From IMG/VR virus record IMGVR_UViG_3300027759_000002, positions 96,001 to 160,000 of that record: a stretch of DNA of 64,000 nucleotides. The stretch is one strand, 5' to 3'. The number at the start of each line of letters is the position of its first letter. The stretch's first letter is position 1. Shown piece by piece: positions 52,923 through 62,923 of this stretch. Source of the DNA: a virus. Under the pieces are notes generated by a model. It had not been told where the DNA came from. It did not search any database and was given only the letters and a program-made list of their open reading frames with translations. The position numbers and the translations under genes are program-made.

Positions 52923-53357
52923 ATGAAAAAATTACTAATTATTTTATTATTGATACCTTGTTTAACATTTGCACAAAAACAAAAAGATGGTGTTACATAT
53001 GATGCGGTGATTACCCGTGTTATTGACGGTGATACTGTTGCATTTCATGCGCCATTTTTACCTGCGCCACTCAAACCAGAACTTTCAATTAGAGTTTTTG
53101 GAGTTGATACACCAGAAAAAGGATTCAGAGCAGGTTGTCCAAGTGAAGATGCAAGAGGCCAAGCAGCTAGCGCCTTCACTAAGGCTCAAATTAATGCAGC
53201 AACCAAACGACAAATCATACTCATGGATTGGGACAAATATGGTGGTCGAGTCTTGGGTGATGTAATATTGGATGGCAAAAGTCTCCGTATGATGTTGATA
53301 CAACAAGGTTATGCTCGTGAATATTACGGTGAAGCTAAAACTTCTTGGTGTAATTAA
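52923..53357 (+). CDS. thermonuclease (SNase-like), exported
   Basis: Signal peptide, VIDGDT, GVDTPE, DKYGGRVLG. Confidence 0.85.
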   Translation: MKKLLIILLLIPCLTFAQKQKDGVTYDAVITRVIDGDTVAFHAPFLPAPLKPELSIRVFGVDTPEKGFRAGCPSEDARGQAASAFTKAQINAATKRQIILMDWDKYGGRVLGDVILDGKSLRMMLIQQGYAREYYGEAKTSWCN

Positions 53358-53366
53358 GGAAAAAAA

Positions 53367-53660
53367 ATGAATGATAGAAAACTATTATATGTAGCTATAG
53401 GAATGATTCTTTTGCCATTATCATTAGCATTTTGTGGTGGCGATAGATTTCGTTATCCATGTCAAGACCCTGATAATTGGGACAAAGATATGTGCAAGAT
53501 GCCAAGATGTGATGTGACAAGAACATGTCCAGAACATATATTCAAAGGACAACGTGACCCAAGATTGGGACCACCAACAACAAGAGTTGAACCTATCGGA
53601 CAAACTCCTGTACCAACACAATGTACTACACCAACACAAGGAGCTAACTGTGGAAAATAA
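53367..53660 (+). CDS. Cys-rich exported or lipoprotein-like protein
   Basis: Hydrophobic N-terminus, RFRYPCQDP.NW...C. Confidence 0.6.
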   Translation: MNDRKLLYVAIGMILLPLSLAFCGGDRFRYPCQDPDNWDKDMCKMPRCDVTRTCPEHIFKGQRDPRLGPPTTRVEPIGQTPVPTQCTTPTQGANCGK

Positions 53661-54105
53661 TAATCTCATGTATACAGAAGAACAGCTAATGGCTCGACTG
53701 AAATTCTTCATCGGTATTTGTTTAGCATTAACATTGACAGGTATTGTCTTTGTTGTTCTCTATTCAATTATCTTTGTAACACAACCATTAAATGCAATTA
53801 GTCCTATCGACCAAAAATTCTTTGAGTTGATTATTCCTATTGCAACATTCTTAACTGGTACTTTATCAGGCATCATGCTTGCAGGTAATGATAAAGACCT
53901 TAGAGCAAAGGCACTAGATGCAGCAAATAAACCACCAGTCGTTTCAGGACCACCACCAAGTACACCTTCAACTAATGCACCAAGCAACAATGCAACATTT
54001 GGCGCACCAACGTCAAGTGCAGCAACCTTTGCACCAGCACCACAAGTTGTCACAGGATTTGGCGGCAAACCTGCACCAGCACCAGCCTTCCAACCAGAAA
54101 TCTAA
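53650..54105 (+). CDS. two-TM membrane protein (holin candidate)
   Basis: Two hydrophobic helices and a Pro/Ala-rich tail; GGAG RBS before GTG 53650 (alternative ATG 53668). Confidence 0.55.
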   Translation: MENNNLMYTEEQLMARLKFFIGICLALTLTGIVFVVLYSIIFVTQPLNAISPIDQKFFELIIPIATFLTGTLSGIMLAGNDKDLRAKALDAANKPPVVSGPPPSTPSTNAPSNNATFGAPTSSAATFAPAPQVVTGFGGKPAPAPAFQPEI

Positions 54106-54109
54106 ATAG

Positions 54110-54331
54110 ATGTACTACTTAAAAAGTATGTTATCGGATGGTGTCAATGGCACCATCTCTAGCAAAAGAGTTGTCACACTGTTAGCATTTGTAATGTGTG
54201 CATCAGGTTTTATTACTATGTTATATGGTCATCCTATAGATTCTAAAATTTACGATTCAATGATGTACATTGTAATTGCAGGTTTAGGTTTCACAGCATC
54301 AGAAAAGTTTACTAAAAAGGACGAAAAATGA
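54110..54331 (+). CDS. small two-TM protein (holin candidate)
   Basis: SSKRVVTLLAF...YIVIAGLGFTASEKF. Confidence 0.55.
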   Translation: MYYLKSMLSDGVNGTISSKRVVTLLAFVMCASGFITMLYGHPIDSKIYDSMMYIVIAGLGFTASEKFTKKDEK

Positions 54332-54534
54332 AAAATTATATATTTGTAGCAGGACTATGTTTAGCCATATCTTCAACAGCTTTTGCTGCAGCAGAAACAA
54401 AAAAAGTTTGTGTTGATGTAAAAGATAAACAAGGTCAAGTTGTTAAAGACAAAGCTGGCAAACCAAAACAAAATTGTAAAGAAATGAAAGTTCACAAGAA
54501 ACTTGAAGGCACAGAAGTTCCTGTGAAAAAATAA
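54328..54534 (+). CDS. small exported basic protein
   Basis: Signal peptide, C...C pair. Confidence 0.55.
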   Translation: MKNYIFVAGLCLAISSTAFAAAETKKVCVDVKDKQGQVVKDKAGKPKQNCKEMKVHKKLEGTEVPVKK

Positions 54535-54929
54535 TGGCATATTCTGATAAGGTAATTGACCATTACGAAAATCCCCGCAACGTAGGTAAATTTCAGGAAG
54601 ATGACACTATAGGTACCGGCATGGTCGGTGCGCCTGCTTGCGGCGATGTAATGAGACTTCAAATTAAAGTTGAAGAAGGAATTATTACTGATGCAAAATT
54701 TAAAACATATGGATGTGGAAGCGCAATTGCCAGTTCAAGTCTCGTTACTGAATGGGTCAAAGGAAAAACGCTTAACGAAGCGGGAACGATTAGTAATTCA
54801 ATCATTGCTGAAGAACTTGCCCTCCCACCGGTTAAAATACATTGTAGCATACTTGCAGAAGATGCTGTGAAAGCGGCCATTAACAATTATAAAGGTAAAC
54901 ATGTTGACAGTAACTGCGAATGCCATTGA
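54534..54929 (+). CDS. iscU: Fe-S cluster scaffold IscU
   Basis: [40 protein letters not shown]. Confidence 0.96.
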   Translation: MAYSDKVIDHYENPRNVGKFQEDDTIGTGMVGAPACGDVMRLQIKVEEGIITDAKFKTYGCGSAIASSSLVTEWVKGKTLNEAGTISNSIIAEELALPPVKIHCSILAEDAVKAAINNYKGKHVDSNCECH

Positions 54930-55215
54930 ACAGATAAAAGAAATTTTATTGGAAGAAGAAAGTTCAAAATACGTCAGAGCCTTTATCGAAGGTGGTGGAT
55001 GCTCTGGTTTTAATTATGGTTTCATGATAGAGGATGCTAAGAATGAGGATGATTTTGAAGTGACTGAAAAATTACTTGTTGATTCCGCCAGTATGCAGTA
55101 TTTCTCTGGTGCAACAATAGATTATAAAAAAGATAGACTAACAGGATCACAATTTGTGATTACCAACCCAAATGCCAAATCAACATGCGGTTGCGGCAGC
55201 AGCTTTAGTGTATAA
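54901..55215 (+). CDS. iscA: A-type Fe-S carrier (IscA/ErpA)
   Basis: [21 protein letters not shown]. Confidence 0.92.
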   Translation: MLTVTANAIEQIKEILLEEESSKYVRAFIEGGGCSGFNYGFMIEDAKNEDDFEVTEKLLVDSASMQYFSGATIDYKKDRLTGSQFVITNPNAKSTCGCGSSFSV

Positions 55216-55226
55216 GAAAGAACCAA

Positions 55227-55532
55227 ATGGCCACTACAGTAGAAAGAATTGGTATTGTTGAAACTAAGGTAGAAAACCTTAATGAAAAAATGGATGACCT
55301 AAAAATTGATGTTAAAGATATGCATGACTGTCTTGATAAAACTCGGGACACCTTAGTTGAGAAACTGGAAGAAATGTATGGTGCATCCTGTGCTCAACAT
55401 GCCGAACTAGCAAAGAAGATTGGTGACCTAGAAAAGGTTAGACAAAAGGTAATGTGGATGTTTGCCGGTGCCATAGCATTTGCTGGAATACTTTCCGGCC
55501 ACTTAGAAAAAATACTTGCATTTTTACATTAA
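55227..55532 (+). CDS. coiled-coil protein with a C-terminal TM
   Basis: 101 aa, heptad pattern and hydrophobic C-terminus. Confidence 0.6.
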   Translation: MATTVERIGIVETKVENLNEKMDDLKIDVKDMHDCLDKTRDTLVEKLEEMYGASCAQHAELAKKIGDLEKVRQKVMWMFAGAIAFAGILSGHLEKILAFLH

Positions 55533-55544
55533 TTGGTGTATAAT
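55516..55544 (+). promoter_or_regulatory. sigma70-type promoter
   Basis: TTGCAT-17-TATAAT before the primase gene. Confidence 0.7.
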
Positions 55545-55576
55545 CTAGTTTCTTGTAAACTTCACACCATTTTGTT

Positions 55577-56590
55577 ATGTCCGTTTTTATTGATAGAACC
55601 TTTCTGCTAAGGGTATCCCCGAAGCTTCAAAAATTCACACAGAAAAAGGACAACCTGTATAACTTCAGGTGTCCTCTCTGTGGCGACTCAAGTAAGAACA
55701 AAACCAAAGCCCGTGGTTATGTTTACGAAAAAAAGAACAATTACTTTTATATGTGCCACAATTGTGGTGCATCCACTTCCTTTTATAATTTCCTGGAGAA
55801 GGTTGATCCAAACCTAGTTAAAGAATATGCACTTGAGCGGTACAAAAATGGTGAACAGGGACGTGACAATTACGTTAAACCAACTTTCGATGAATTCAAA
55901 CCTGAAACCCCGAAGTTTCGTGTTAAATTCGATATTCCATCGGTCGAATCGTTACCAGAAGAACATTTTGCGAAGGTGTATGTCAAATCCCGCAAAATAC
56001 CAGAGTCGTTCCATGCACACCTATATTTTGCACAAGACTTTAAAGGCTTTGTCGATAGCCTGCAAATAGAGAAAGATGGTCTCAAAGAAGAAGACCCTAG
56101 ATTGGTAATACCATTCTATGATGAAGATAAAAATCTTGTGGCATTTCAAGGTCGTGCATTAGGTGAATCTAAACTAAGATATATCACCGTAAAGACAGAC
56201 AAAGATAACCACAAGTTATTCGGGACTGACCGGATCAACACGGAAGACATGATATATGTTGTGGAAGGTCCTATTGACTCTATGTTTCTGGAGAATGCCG
56301 TTGCAACTGCGGATTCAAATCTGATGGCTGCTTCCAAGCACTTTGACAAGTCTAAGATTGTTTTGGTGTATGATAATGAACCAAGAAACAAAGAACTACA
56401 TAATCAGATGGACAAGGCTATCGAGGAACACTACAATGTGGTAATCTGGCCTGAAATGATTGAAGAAAAAGATGTAAATGATATGGTTTTGAATGGCTTC
56501 TCACCAGACGAAATTCAAGATATCATAAGTAAACATACCTTTGTAAATCTGAGAGCAAAGATGGAATTTATTAACTGGAAAAAGACTTGA
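55577..56590 (+). CDS. 61: DNA primase
   Basis: CPLCGD..CHNC zinc finger, VVEGPIDS, DNEPRN TOPRIM. Confidence 0.96.
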   Translation: MSVFIDRTFLLRVSPKLQKFTQKKDNLYNFRCPLCGDSSKNKTKARGYVYEKKNNYFYMCHNCGASTSFYNFLEKVDPNLVKEYALERYKNGEQGRDNYVKPTFDEFKPETPKFRVKFDIPSVESLPEEHFAKVYVKSRKIPESFHAHLYFAQDFKGFVDSLQIEKDGLKEEDPRLVIPFYDEDKNLVAFQGRALGESKLRYITVKTDKDNHKLFGTDRINTEDMIYVVEGPIDSMFLENAVATADSNLMAASKHFDKSKIVLVYDNEPRNKELHNQMDKAIEEHYNVVIWPEMIEEKDVNDMVLNGFSPDEIQDIISKHTFVNLRAKMEFINWKKT

Positions 56591-56603
56591 ACGGAGATTT
56601 GTT

Positions 56604-57254
56604 ATGCAGGTGAAATTGATATCATACACACAGGGAGCAGACGGTAAGAATTTGTTAGAACAGGTTGCTTTTGCAGCCAGAGTATCAAATCCTGCCAATC
56701 AAAATAATACCGAAACATCTGAAAAGTTGGTTCGGTATCTTATCAAAAACCAACATTGGTCACCACTAGAAATGGTGAGTATTTGTTTGGAGATAGACAC
56801 CACACGGGATATAGCACGCCAGATTTTAAGGCATCGTTCCTTTTCCTTTCAGGAATTTAGTCAACGATATGCTGATGCGTCCCAGTTAGGATTTGAATTA
56901 AGGGACTGTCGGTTACAGGATACAAAGAATCGTCAGAATAGTATTGAAACTGATAATGAAGTGTTGCAAGGGAAATGGGCAATGATTCAAACTGTAGTAC
57001 TTTCTCATGTAACAGAAGCTTATGAATGGGCATTAAAAAACGGTATTGCAAAAGAACAAGCGAGAGCAGTACTGCCAGAGGGTATGACTGGTTCACGTTT
57101 GTATATGAATGGAACACTTCGTTCTTGGGTTCACTATATACAACTCCGAAGCGCAAACGGGACACAGAAAGAACATCAAGATGTTGCATTGGCTTGTGCT
57201 GATGTTATTGAGCCAATTTTTCCTATGATTAAGGAGTACACTAATGGACAGTAA
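56604..57254 (+). CDS. thyX: FAD-dependent thymidylate synthase
   Basis: HWSPLE, RHRSFSFQEFSQRY, EQARAVLP. Confidence 0.96.
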   Translation: MQVKLISYTQGADGKNLLEQVAFAARVSNPANQNNTETSEKLVRYLIKNQHWSPLEMVSICLEIDTTRDIARQILRHRSFSFQEFSQRYADASQLGFELRDCRLQDTKNRQNSIETDNEVLQGKWAMIQTVVLSHVTEAYEWALKNGIAKEQARAVLPEGMTGSRLYMNGTLRSWVHYIQLRSANGTQKEHQDVALACADVIEPIFPMIKEYTNGQ

Positions 57255-57603
57255 GAATGATGTAAGAATTTTTATGGATGCATGTGACCAAAAGGCAAGA
57301 GATTTTGGACCACAATCTGAACTGTATGTAGACCTGATAATGGAAGAATTTAGGGAACTTATTACAGCATATGGCAACAGAGACCCCGTAGAGATTGCTG
57401 ATGCTTGTGCTGATTTGAAATGGGTAATTGAGGGTTTAGAACACACACTCAATATACCACAACAAGAAGTTTGGAACGAAGTTGCACGTAGCAATTTGGC
57501 CAAAATTTCTGAAGGTGGTAAAGTATTAAAAAGAGAAGATGGTAAGGTACTAAAACCAGAAGGTTGGACACCACCTGATATTAAAACAATTATAAGAAAG
57601 TAA
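57244..57603 (+). CDS. MazG-like nucleotide pyrophosphohydrolase
   Basis: EEFREL, EIADACADL, SNLAK, GKVLK. Confidence 0.8.
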   Translation: MDSKNDVRIFMDACDQKARDFGPQSELYVDLIMEEFRELITAYGNRDPVEIADACADLKWVIEGLEHTLNIPQQEVWNEVARSNLAKISEGGKVLKREDGKVLKPEGWTPPDIKTIIRK

Positions 57604-57608
57604 ACAAT

Positions 57609-59399
57609 ATGGAATACATGGGTGTCAAAATAGACTTAGAAAAAGATAAACTATTTGATGAATTAGGAATTAAAAGATTACAAGAATCTTACATGCGTGA
57701 TGATGAAACATCACCACAACAGAGGTTTGCATATGTATCATCGTCATTCGGAAGTAATACTGAACACGCTCAGCGCCTTTACGATTACGCCAGTAATCAT
57801 TGGCTCAGTTATAGTACTCCAATTCTTAGCTATGGGCGTTCTAAGCGTGGTATGCCTATATCGTGCTTTCTTAACTATATTGAAGATACTGCGGAGGGTC
57901 TAGTTGATAATCTTAGCGAAACTAATTGGCTTTCTATGCTTGGCGGTGGTGTTGGTATTGGCTTCGGTATACGTAGTGCAGACGACAAGAGTACTGGTGT
58001 TATGCCGCACCTCAAAATTTACGATGCTTCATCTCTTGCTTATCGTCAGGGTCGTACTCGCCGTGGAAGTTATGCTGCTTATCTTGATATCAGTCATCCC
58101 GACATTATATCATTTTTAGAAATGCGTAAACCTACTGGTGATCCTAATGTACGATGTATGAATCTACATCATGGTGTTAATATCACTGATGATTTTATGA
58201 AACTGATTGAAAACTGTATGTTGGATTCAGAAGCAGATGATTCATGGCCTTTGATTGATCCAAAATCCGGAGTAGTACGTGAAACAGTTTCCGCCAAAGC
58301 TTTGTGGCAACAAATCTTAGAATTACGTATGCACACTGGTGAGCCTTACATTCATTACATTGATACTAGTAATAAAATGTTACCTCAATTCCTAAAAGAT
58401 AGGGGATTGAAAGTACATCAATCAAACCTATGTTCTGAAATTATTTTACCAACAAATGAAGAAAGAACTGCTGTATGTTGTTTATCATCTTTAAATTTGG
58501 AGCATTATGATGAATGGAAGAATGATCCCTTGTTCCTTAAGGATGTTGCTGAAATGCTCGATAACGTTCTGGAGTTTTTTATTGTTAATGCACCTGATAC
58601 CATTTCCAGGGCTATATACTCTGCTAGCCGTGAGCGCTCTATTGGCATTGGTGCCTTAGGTTTTCACGCTTATTTGCAAAAGAATAGTATTGCGTTTGAA
58701 GGTGTTATGGCCAAAGTTGCAAACAATCAAATATTCAAACATATAAGGAGCAAACTAGATGAGGCTAATCAAATTCTTGGAAAAGAACGGGGCGAAGCTC
58801 CTGATGCTGTCGGCACTGGCCAGCGTTTCAGTCATCTTATGGCTATTGCTCCAAATGCTTCTTCGTCTATCATTATGGGAAATACTAGCCCTAGCGTTGA
58901 GCCTTATCGTGCTAATGCTTACCGTCAAGACACTTTATCAGGCGCATTTCTAAACAAGAATAAACACCTGGATAAAATCATCCAAAAACACGCTGAGATT
59001 CATTCAGAAGGATGGTCTGGTGAAGTCTGGAGTAGTATCATGGCGAATGATGGTTCTGTACAACATTTAGAATGGTTGGATGAAAATGAGAGAGCAGTAT
59101 TCAAAACATCCATGGAAATTGACCAACGTTGGGTTATCGAATTGGCTGCTGACCGGCAACAATACATTGACCAAGCACAATCATTAAACTTGTTCTTCCG
59201 TCCAGATGCACATATCAAATACATTCACGCCATTCATTTTATGGCATGGAAAAAAGGATTGAAAACTCTATACTACTGCCGTTCTGAAAAGATTGGTAAG
59301 GCGGATAAAGTTTCTAAGAAGATTGAACGACAAGTCATTAAAGAATTGGATATGGTTCAAGTAGCACAAGGAAATGATTGCATTGCTTGTGAGGGATAA
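57609..59399 (+). CDS. nrdA: class I ribonucleotide reductase alpha (short, no ATP cone)
   Basis: ISCF, QSNLCSEI, IAPNASSS, YYCRS, C-terminal CIAC. Confidence 0.96.
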   Translation: MEYMGVKIDLEKDKLFDELGIKRLQESYMRDDETSPQQRFAYVSSSFGSNTEHAQRLYDYASNHWLSYSTPILSYGRSKRGMPISCFLNYIEDTAEGLVDNLSETNWLSMLGGGVGIGFGIRSADDKSTGVMPHLKIYDASSLAYRQGRTRRGSYAAYLDISHPDIISFLEMRKPTGDPNVRCMNLHHGVNITDDFMKLIENCMLDSEADDSWPLIDPKSGVVRETVSAKALWQQILELRMHTGEPYIHYIDTSNKMLPQFLKDRGLKVHQSNLCSEIILPTNEERTAVCCLSSLNLEHYDEWKNDPLFLKDVAEMLDNVLEFFIVNAPDTISRAIYSASRERSIGIGALGFHAYLQKNSIAFEGVMAKVANNQIFKHIRSKLDEANQILGKERGEAPDAVGTGQRFSHLMAIAPNASSSIIMGNTSPSVEPYRANAYRQDTLSGAFLNKNKHLDKIIQKHAEIHSEGWSGEVWSSIMANDGSVQHLEWLDENERAVFKTSMEIDQRWVIELAADRQQYIDQAQSLNLFFRPDAHIKYIHAIHFMAWKKGLKTLYYCRSEKIGKADKVSKKIERQVIKELDMVQVAQGNDCIACEG

Positions 59400-60038
59400 A
59401 TGAAACCCACTATCGCTATATTCTTACACCAACCAAAATGTTCGGTACAATCTGGTAATGGCATCATCAAAGCACTTGAAAGCCATTACCATTTTAAAAT
59501 ATTTACCAGACATGAATTAGAGGATGACTTTTTTGATGGTGTAGATATTGTTGCCTTTCCTGGTGGTTTGGGTGATAGTGATAGTTTCGATTACTTGTTT
59601 AAAGATAATCGTAAACGCATTTCTGATTTTGTTCATAATGGCGGCCGTTACTTAGGAATTTGCATGGGTGCTTATTGGGCTGGTAATAGTTATTTCAATT
59701 TTCTTGATAATGTAGAAGTTGAACAATATATAACACGACCAAATACCGACACACGTAGGCCTCATGCAAAGAACTTAAAAATTGAATGGTTGGGTAAACA
59801 GGAGAAGATGTTCTTTTATGATGGTTGTGCCTTTGGACCAGGACAGTATGAAATTATTGCAAAGTATATGAATGATGATCCGATGGCCATTATTCAGAAT
59901 AGAATGGGTTTAATTGGTTGTCATCCTGAAAGTCAACCACATTGGTATAAATCATATAGTTGGATGAGAGGACTCTATCACAATGGAGAACATCATAAAC
60001 TATTATTAGAATTCACAAATAAATTAATGGAGAGATAA
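59400..60038 (+). CDS. BPL_N / class I glutamine amidotransferase-like protein
   Basis: FPGG, YLGICMGAY, HPE. Confidence 0.75.
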   Translation: MKPTIAIFLHQPKCSVQSGNGIIKALESHYHFKIFTRHELEDDFFDGVDIVAFPGGLGDSDSFDYLFKDNRKRISDFVHNGGRYLGICMGAYWAGNSYFNFLDNVEVEQYITRPNTDTRRPHAKNLKIEWLGKQEKMFFYDGCAFGPGQYEIIAKYMNDDPMAIIQNRMGLIGCHPESQPHWYKSYSWMRGLYHNGEHHKLLLEFTNKLMER

Positions 60039-60039
60039 G

Positions 60040-60282
60040 ATGAAGATATTAAGATTTACAGCATCATGGTGTGGGCCATGCAAATCATTAGCAATGAATT
60101 TAGAACAAGCAAATTTACAAATGCCAATTGAAGTTATTGATATTGATGTTCAATCTGATATTGCAGTTGAATATGGAATTCGTGGTGTACCAACATTGGT
60201 GATGTTGGATGAGAACATTGAAGTTAAACGATTGGTTGGTTCTAAAACCATCACAGAACTAAAAGAGTGGGCTACAGTATGA
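60040..60282 (+). CDS. trx: thioredoxin
   Basis: WCGPC, GVPT. Confidence 0.93.
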   Translation: MKILRFTASWCGPCKSLAMNLEQANLQMPIEVIDIDVQSDIAVEYGIRGVPTLVMLDENIEVKRLVGSKTITELKEWATV

Positions 60283-61265
60283 TTAAAAAAGTTGATTCAA
60301 GACTTACAGATGAAAGAAACAGTTTTAAACCTTTCAATTATCCATGGGCATATGATGCTTGGTTGAAACATGAACAATCACATTGGCTTCACACAGAAGT
60401 TCCAATGATGGAAGACGTTAAAGATTGGAAAAAGAAACTAAGCAAAGAAGAAAAACAATTTCTTACACACATCTTTAGATTCTTTACACAAGGTGACATT
60501 GACGTTGCTGGTGGTTATGTGAAGAACTATTTACCATATTTTCCTCAACCAGAAGTTCGTATGATGTTGTTAGGTTTTGCGGCAAGAGAAGCATTACACG
60601 TTGCTGCATATAGTCATCTAATCGAAACACTCGGTTTACCTGAAGCCACTTATAACCAGTTCTTAGACTACCAAGAAATGAAAGATAAACACGATTATGT
60701 GTTAGACCTTTCTTCTAAGAATGGTGATGCCGCTTCAACTGCAACCCACATCGCCGTGTTCAGTGCTTTCACTGAAGGGATGCAGTTGTTCTCCTCTTTC
60801 ATCATGTTATTGAACTTTCCACGCACAGGTAAGATGAAAGGTATGGGACAGATTGTTACTTGGTCAATTGTTGATGAAACACAACATGCTGAGTCAATGA
60901 TTAAATTATTCCGTACCTACATAGAAGAAAACAAAGAGATATGGAATGATGAACTTAAAGGCCGTATTTACAGCATTGCAGAAAAGATGGTTGAACTGGA
61001 AGATAAATTTATTGACCTCGCCTTTTCTATGGGCGCTATGGACGGTCTATCTAGTGAAGATGTCAAAAAGTACATTCGTTATATTGCTGATAGGCGCCTT
61101 ATATCTCTTGGTCTTAAAGGCATTTTTAAAGTGAAGAAGAATCCATTACCTTGGGTTGAAGAAATGATTAACGCACCAACACACACAAACTTCTTTGAGA
61201 ACCGTGCAACTGATTATGCTAAAGGTGCCTTGTCTGGAGATTGGAGTGATGTGTGGGCAAACTAA
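60279..61265 (+). CDS. nrdB: ribonucleotide reductase beta
   Basis: FFTQGD, EALH, EGMQLFSSF, DETQH, NFFE. Confidence 0.96.
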   Translation: MIKKVDSRLTDERNSFKPFNYPWAYDAWLKHEQSHWLHTEVPMMEDVKDWKKKLSKEEKQFLTHIFRFFTQGDIDVAGGYVKNYLPYFPQPEVRMMLLGFAAREALHVAAYSHLIETLGLPEATYNQFLDYQEMKDKHDYVLDLSSKNGDAASTATHIAVFSAFTEGMQLFSSFIMLLNFPRTGKMKGMGQIVTWSIVDETQHAESMIKLFRTYIEENKEIWNDELKGRIYSIAEKMVELEDKFIDLAFSMGAMDGLSSEDVKKYIRYIADRRLISLGLKGIFKVKKNPLPWVEEMINAPTHTNFFENRATDYAKGALSGDWSDVWAN

Positions 61266-62030
61266 ATGAAGACTTATAAAAGTATATTCATTAGTGATGT
61301 ACATTTAGGCACCCGTGATTGCCAAGCGAGTAAGTTAAATAATTTTTTGAAACATAACACCTGCGAGACTTTATATCTTGTGGGTGATATAATTGATGCA
61401 TGGAAGATACAACAAAATAAATGGCGATGGAAACAAAGCCACACTAACGTGGTGCGTAGAATTCTTGGCCACGCTAAACGAGAAACAAGAGTTATTTTCA
61501 TAGCAGGCAATCACGATGAATTTTTAAGACCAATGATACCTTACGGGTTTTCTTTTGGTTCAATTGAGATACATAATCAAATAGAACACATAGGTGTTGA
61601 TGGCAAGAAATATCTTGTAGTTCATGGTGACTTGTTTGATGGTATCACCAGACTGGCACCATGGATATCATTTTTAGGAGATAAATCATATGACGTTATT
61701 TTATCACTCAATAGTAAGTTCAATTGGATACGCCATCGTATGGGTTTTGGGTATTTTAGTCTTAGCCAATATCTCAAGCACAGAGTAAAAAAAGCAGTAG
61801 ACTTTATATTCAAGTTTGAAGAAAACTTGGCCAACTACTGTAAAAAACGTGGGTTTGATGGTGTTATATGTGGCCACATACACCATGCAGAGATAAAAGA
61901 AATTAACGGTGTTATATACATGAATGATGGTGATTGGGTTGAAAGTTGTACAGCACTTGTCGAGCACCATGATGGTCGTTGGGAAATTATAACATGGACA
62001 CAGGAGAGCGATGATGTTGTTGCAGAATAA
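61266..62030 (+). CDS. LpxH-like metallophosphoesterase, PlcP-like
   Basis: SDVHLG, GDIID, GNHD, HGD, CGHIH, GDWVESCTALVE. Confidence 0.8.
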   Translation: MKTYKSIFISDVHLGTRDCQASKLNNFLKHNTCETLYLVGDIIDAWKIQQNKWRWKQSHTNVVRRILGHAKRETRVIFIAGNHDEFLRPMIPYGFSFGSIEIHNQIEHIGVDGKKYLVVHGDLFDGITRLAPWISFLGDKSYDVILSLNSKFNWIRHRMGFGYFSLSQYLKHRVKKAVDFIFKFEENLANYCKKRGFDGVICGHIHHAEIKEINGVIYMNDGDWVESCTALVEHHDGRWEIITWTQESDDVVAE

Positions 62031-62724
62031 AATTACTATAGTGGTACCTTGTAGAAATGAAGAAGAATACATTTCTCATTTATTGGAACATCTGAAAAAA
62101 CAAAATATAGGTAGTACCAGAATAATAATTGCTGATTCTTCTACTGATAATACGAGAAAAGTTATCGCAAGTAACAAAGGTGATTTGAATGTTGAGATTA
62201 TTGATGGTGGTACAGTTTCTGTTGCAAAAAATAATGGAGCTAAACTTGTTACAACGCCATATATACTTTTTATAGATAGTGATGTGAGATTTTTCTCAGA
62301 TACAGTTATATTTGATTCTGTAAATGAAATACAAAAACTGGATTTAGATTTAATTGGTTTATATGTTAAATGTTATGACGGCGACAAAAGAGCACAAATT
62401 GGATTTATGATATTCAATGCAATTAATAATATTATGAAATATTGGTCACCGTTTGCAATTGGTGCTTTCATGTTAACTCGCACAGATAAATTTTGGGAAT
62501 TTGGGGGATTTGCTGAGAAGTATGGAACAAGTGAAGACTTTTTCTTATCTCAGAAATATGATATTAAAAAGTTCAAACTAATGAATCATTATTTTGGCCA
62601 AGATAATAGGAGATTTGAAAAAATGGGATACTTTGGTATGGCATGGTATCTTATTAGAAATTTTTGGAATAGAAACAATGAAAAATATTGGAACAATATA
62701 GATTATTCAAAATATTGGAAATAA
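62011..62724 (+). CDS. glycosyltransferase family 2
   Basis: VVPCRNEE, IIAD, AKNNGA, FIDSD, SED. Confidence 0.85.
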   Translation: MMLLQNKITIVVPCRNEEEYISHLLEHLKKQNIGSTRIIIADSSTDNTRKVIASNKGDLNVEIIDGGTVSVAKNNGAKLVTTPYILFIDSDVRFFSDTVIFDSVNEIQKLDLDLIGLYVKCYDGDKRAQIGFMIFNAINNIMKYWSPFAIGAFMLTRTDKFWEFGGFAEKYGTSEDFFLSQKYDIKKFKLMNHYFGQDNRRFEKMGYFGMAWYLIRNFWNRNNEKYWNNIDYSKYWK

Positions 62725-62734
62725 AGGAAATCAA

Positions 62735-62923
62735 ATGACAACAAGAACAATAACAGCGGAGTGTAGTAGCTGCGAATCCAGTTACGATGTAATTTTTATG
62801 GAAGAACTAGTATCAGAAGAATTACCTGAGTTTTGCCCGTTTTGCGGCGAAACGATTGATTCATTATCCGAAGACGAATATATAGAGGATGATGAACTCA
62901 ATGATGATGAAAAATGGGACTGA
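62735..62923 (+). CDS. small zinc-ribbon protein
   Basis: CSSC...CPFCG, acidic tail. Confidence 0.7.
   Translation: MTTRTITAECSSCESSYDVIFMEELVSEELPEFCPFCGETIDSLSEDEYIEDDELNDDEKWD

Noticed and set aside
31084-61265. Introns or inteins in gp43, gp41, uvsX, nrdA, nrdB, thyX
   Set aside because: All are continuous, of ordinary length, with motifs in order and no intein or LAGLIDADG signatures.
54534-62724. Host chromosomal contamination (iscU, iscA, trx, LpxH-like)
   Set aside because: These genes overlap or abut phage genes (gp61, nrdA/B, rnh) with the same strand and AT-rich style, and no bacterial operon context is present.
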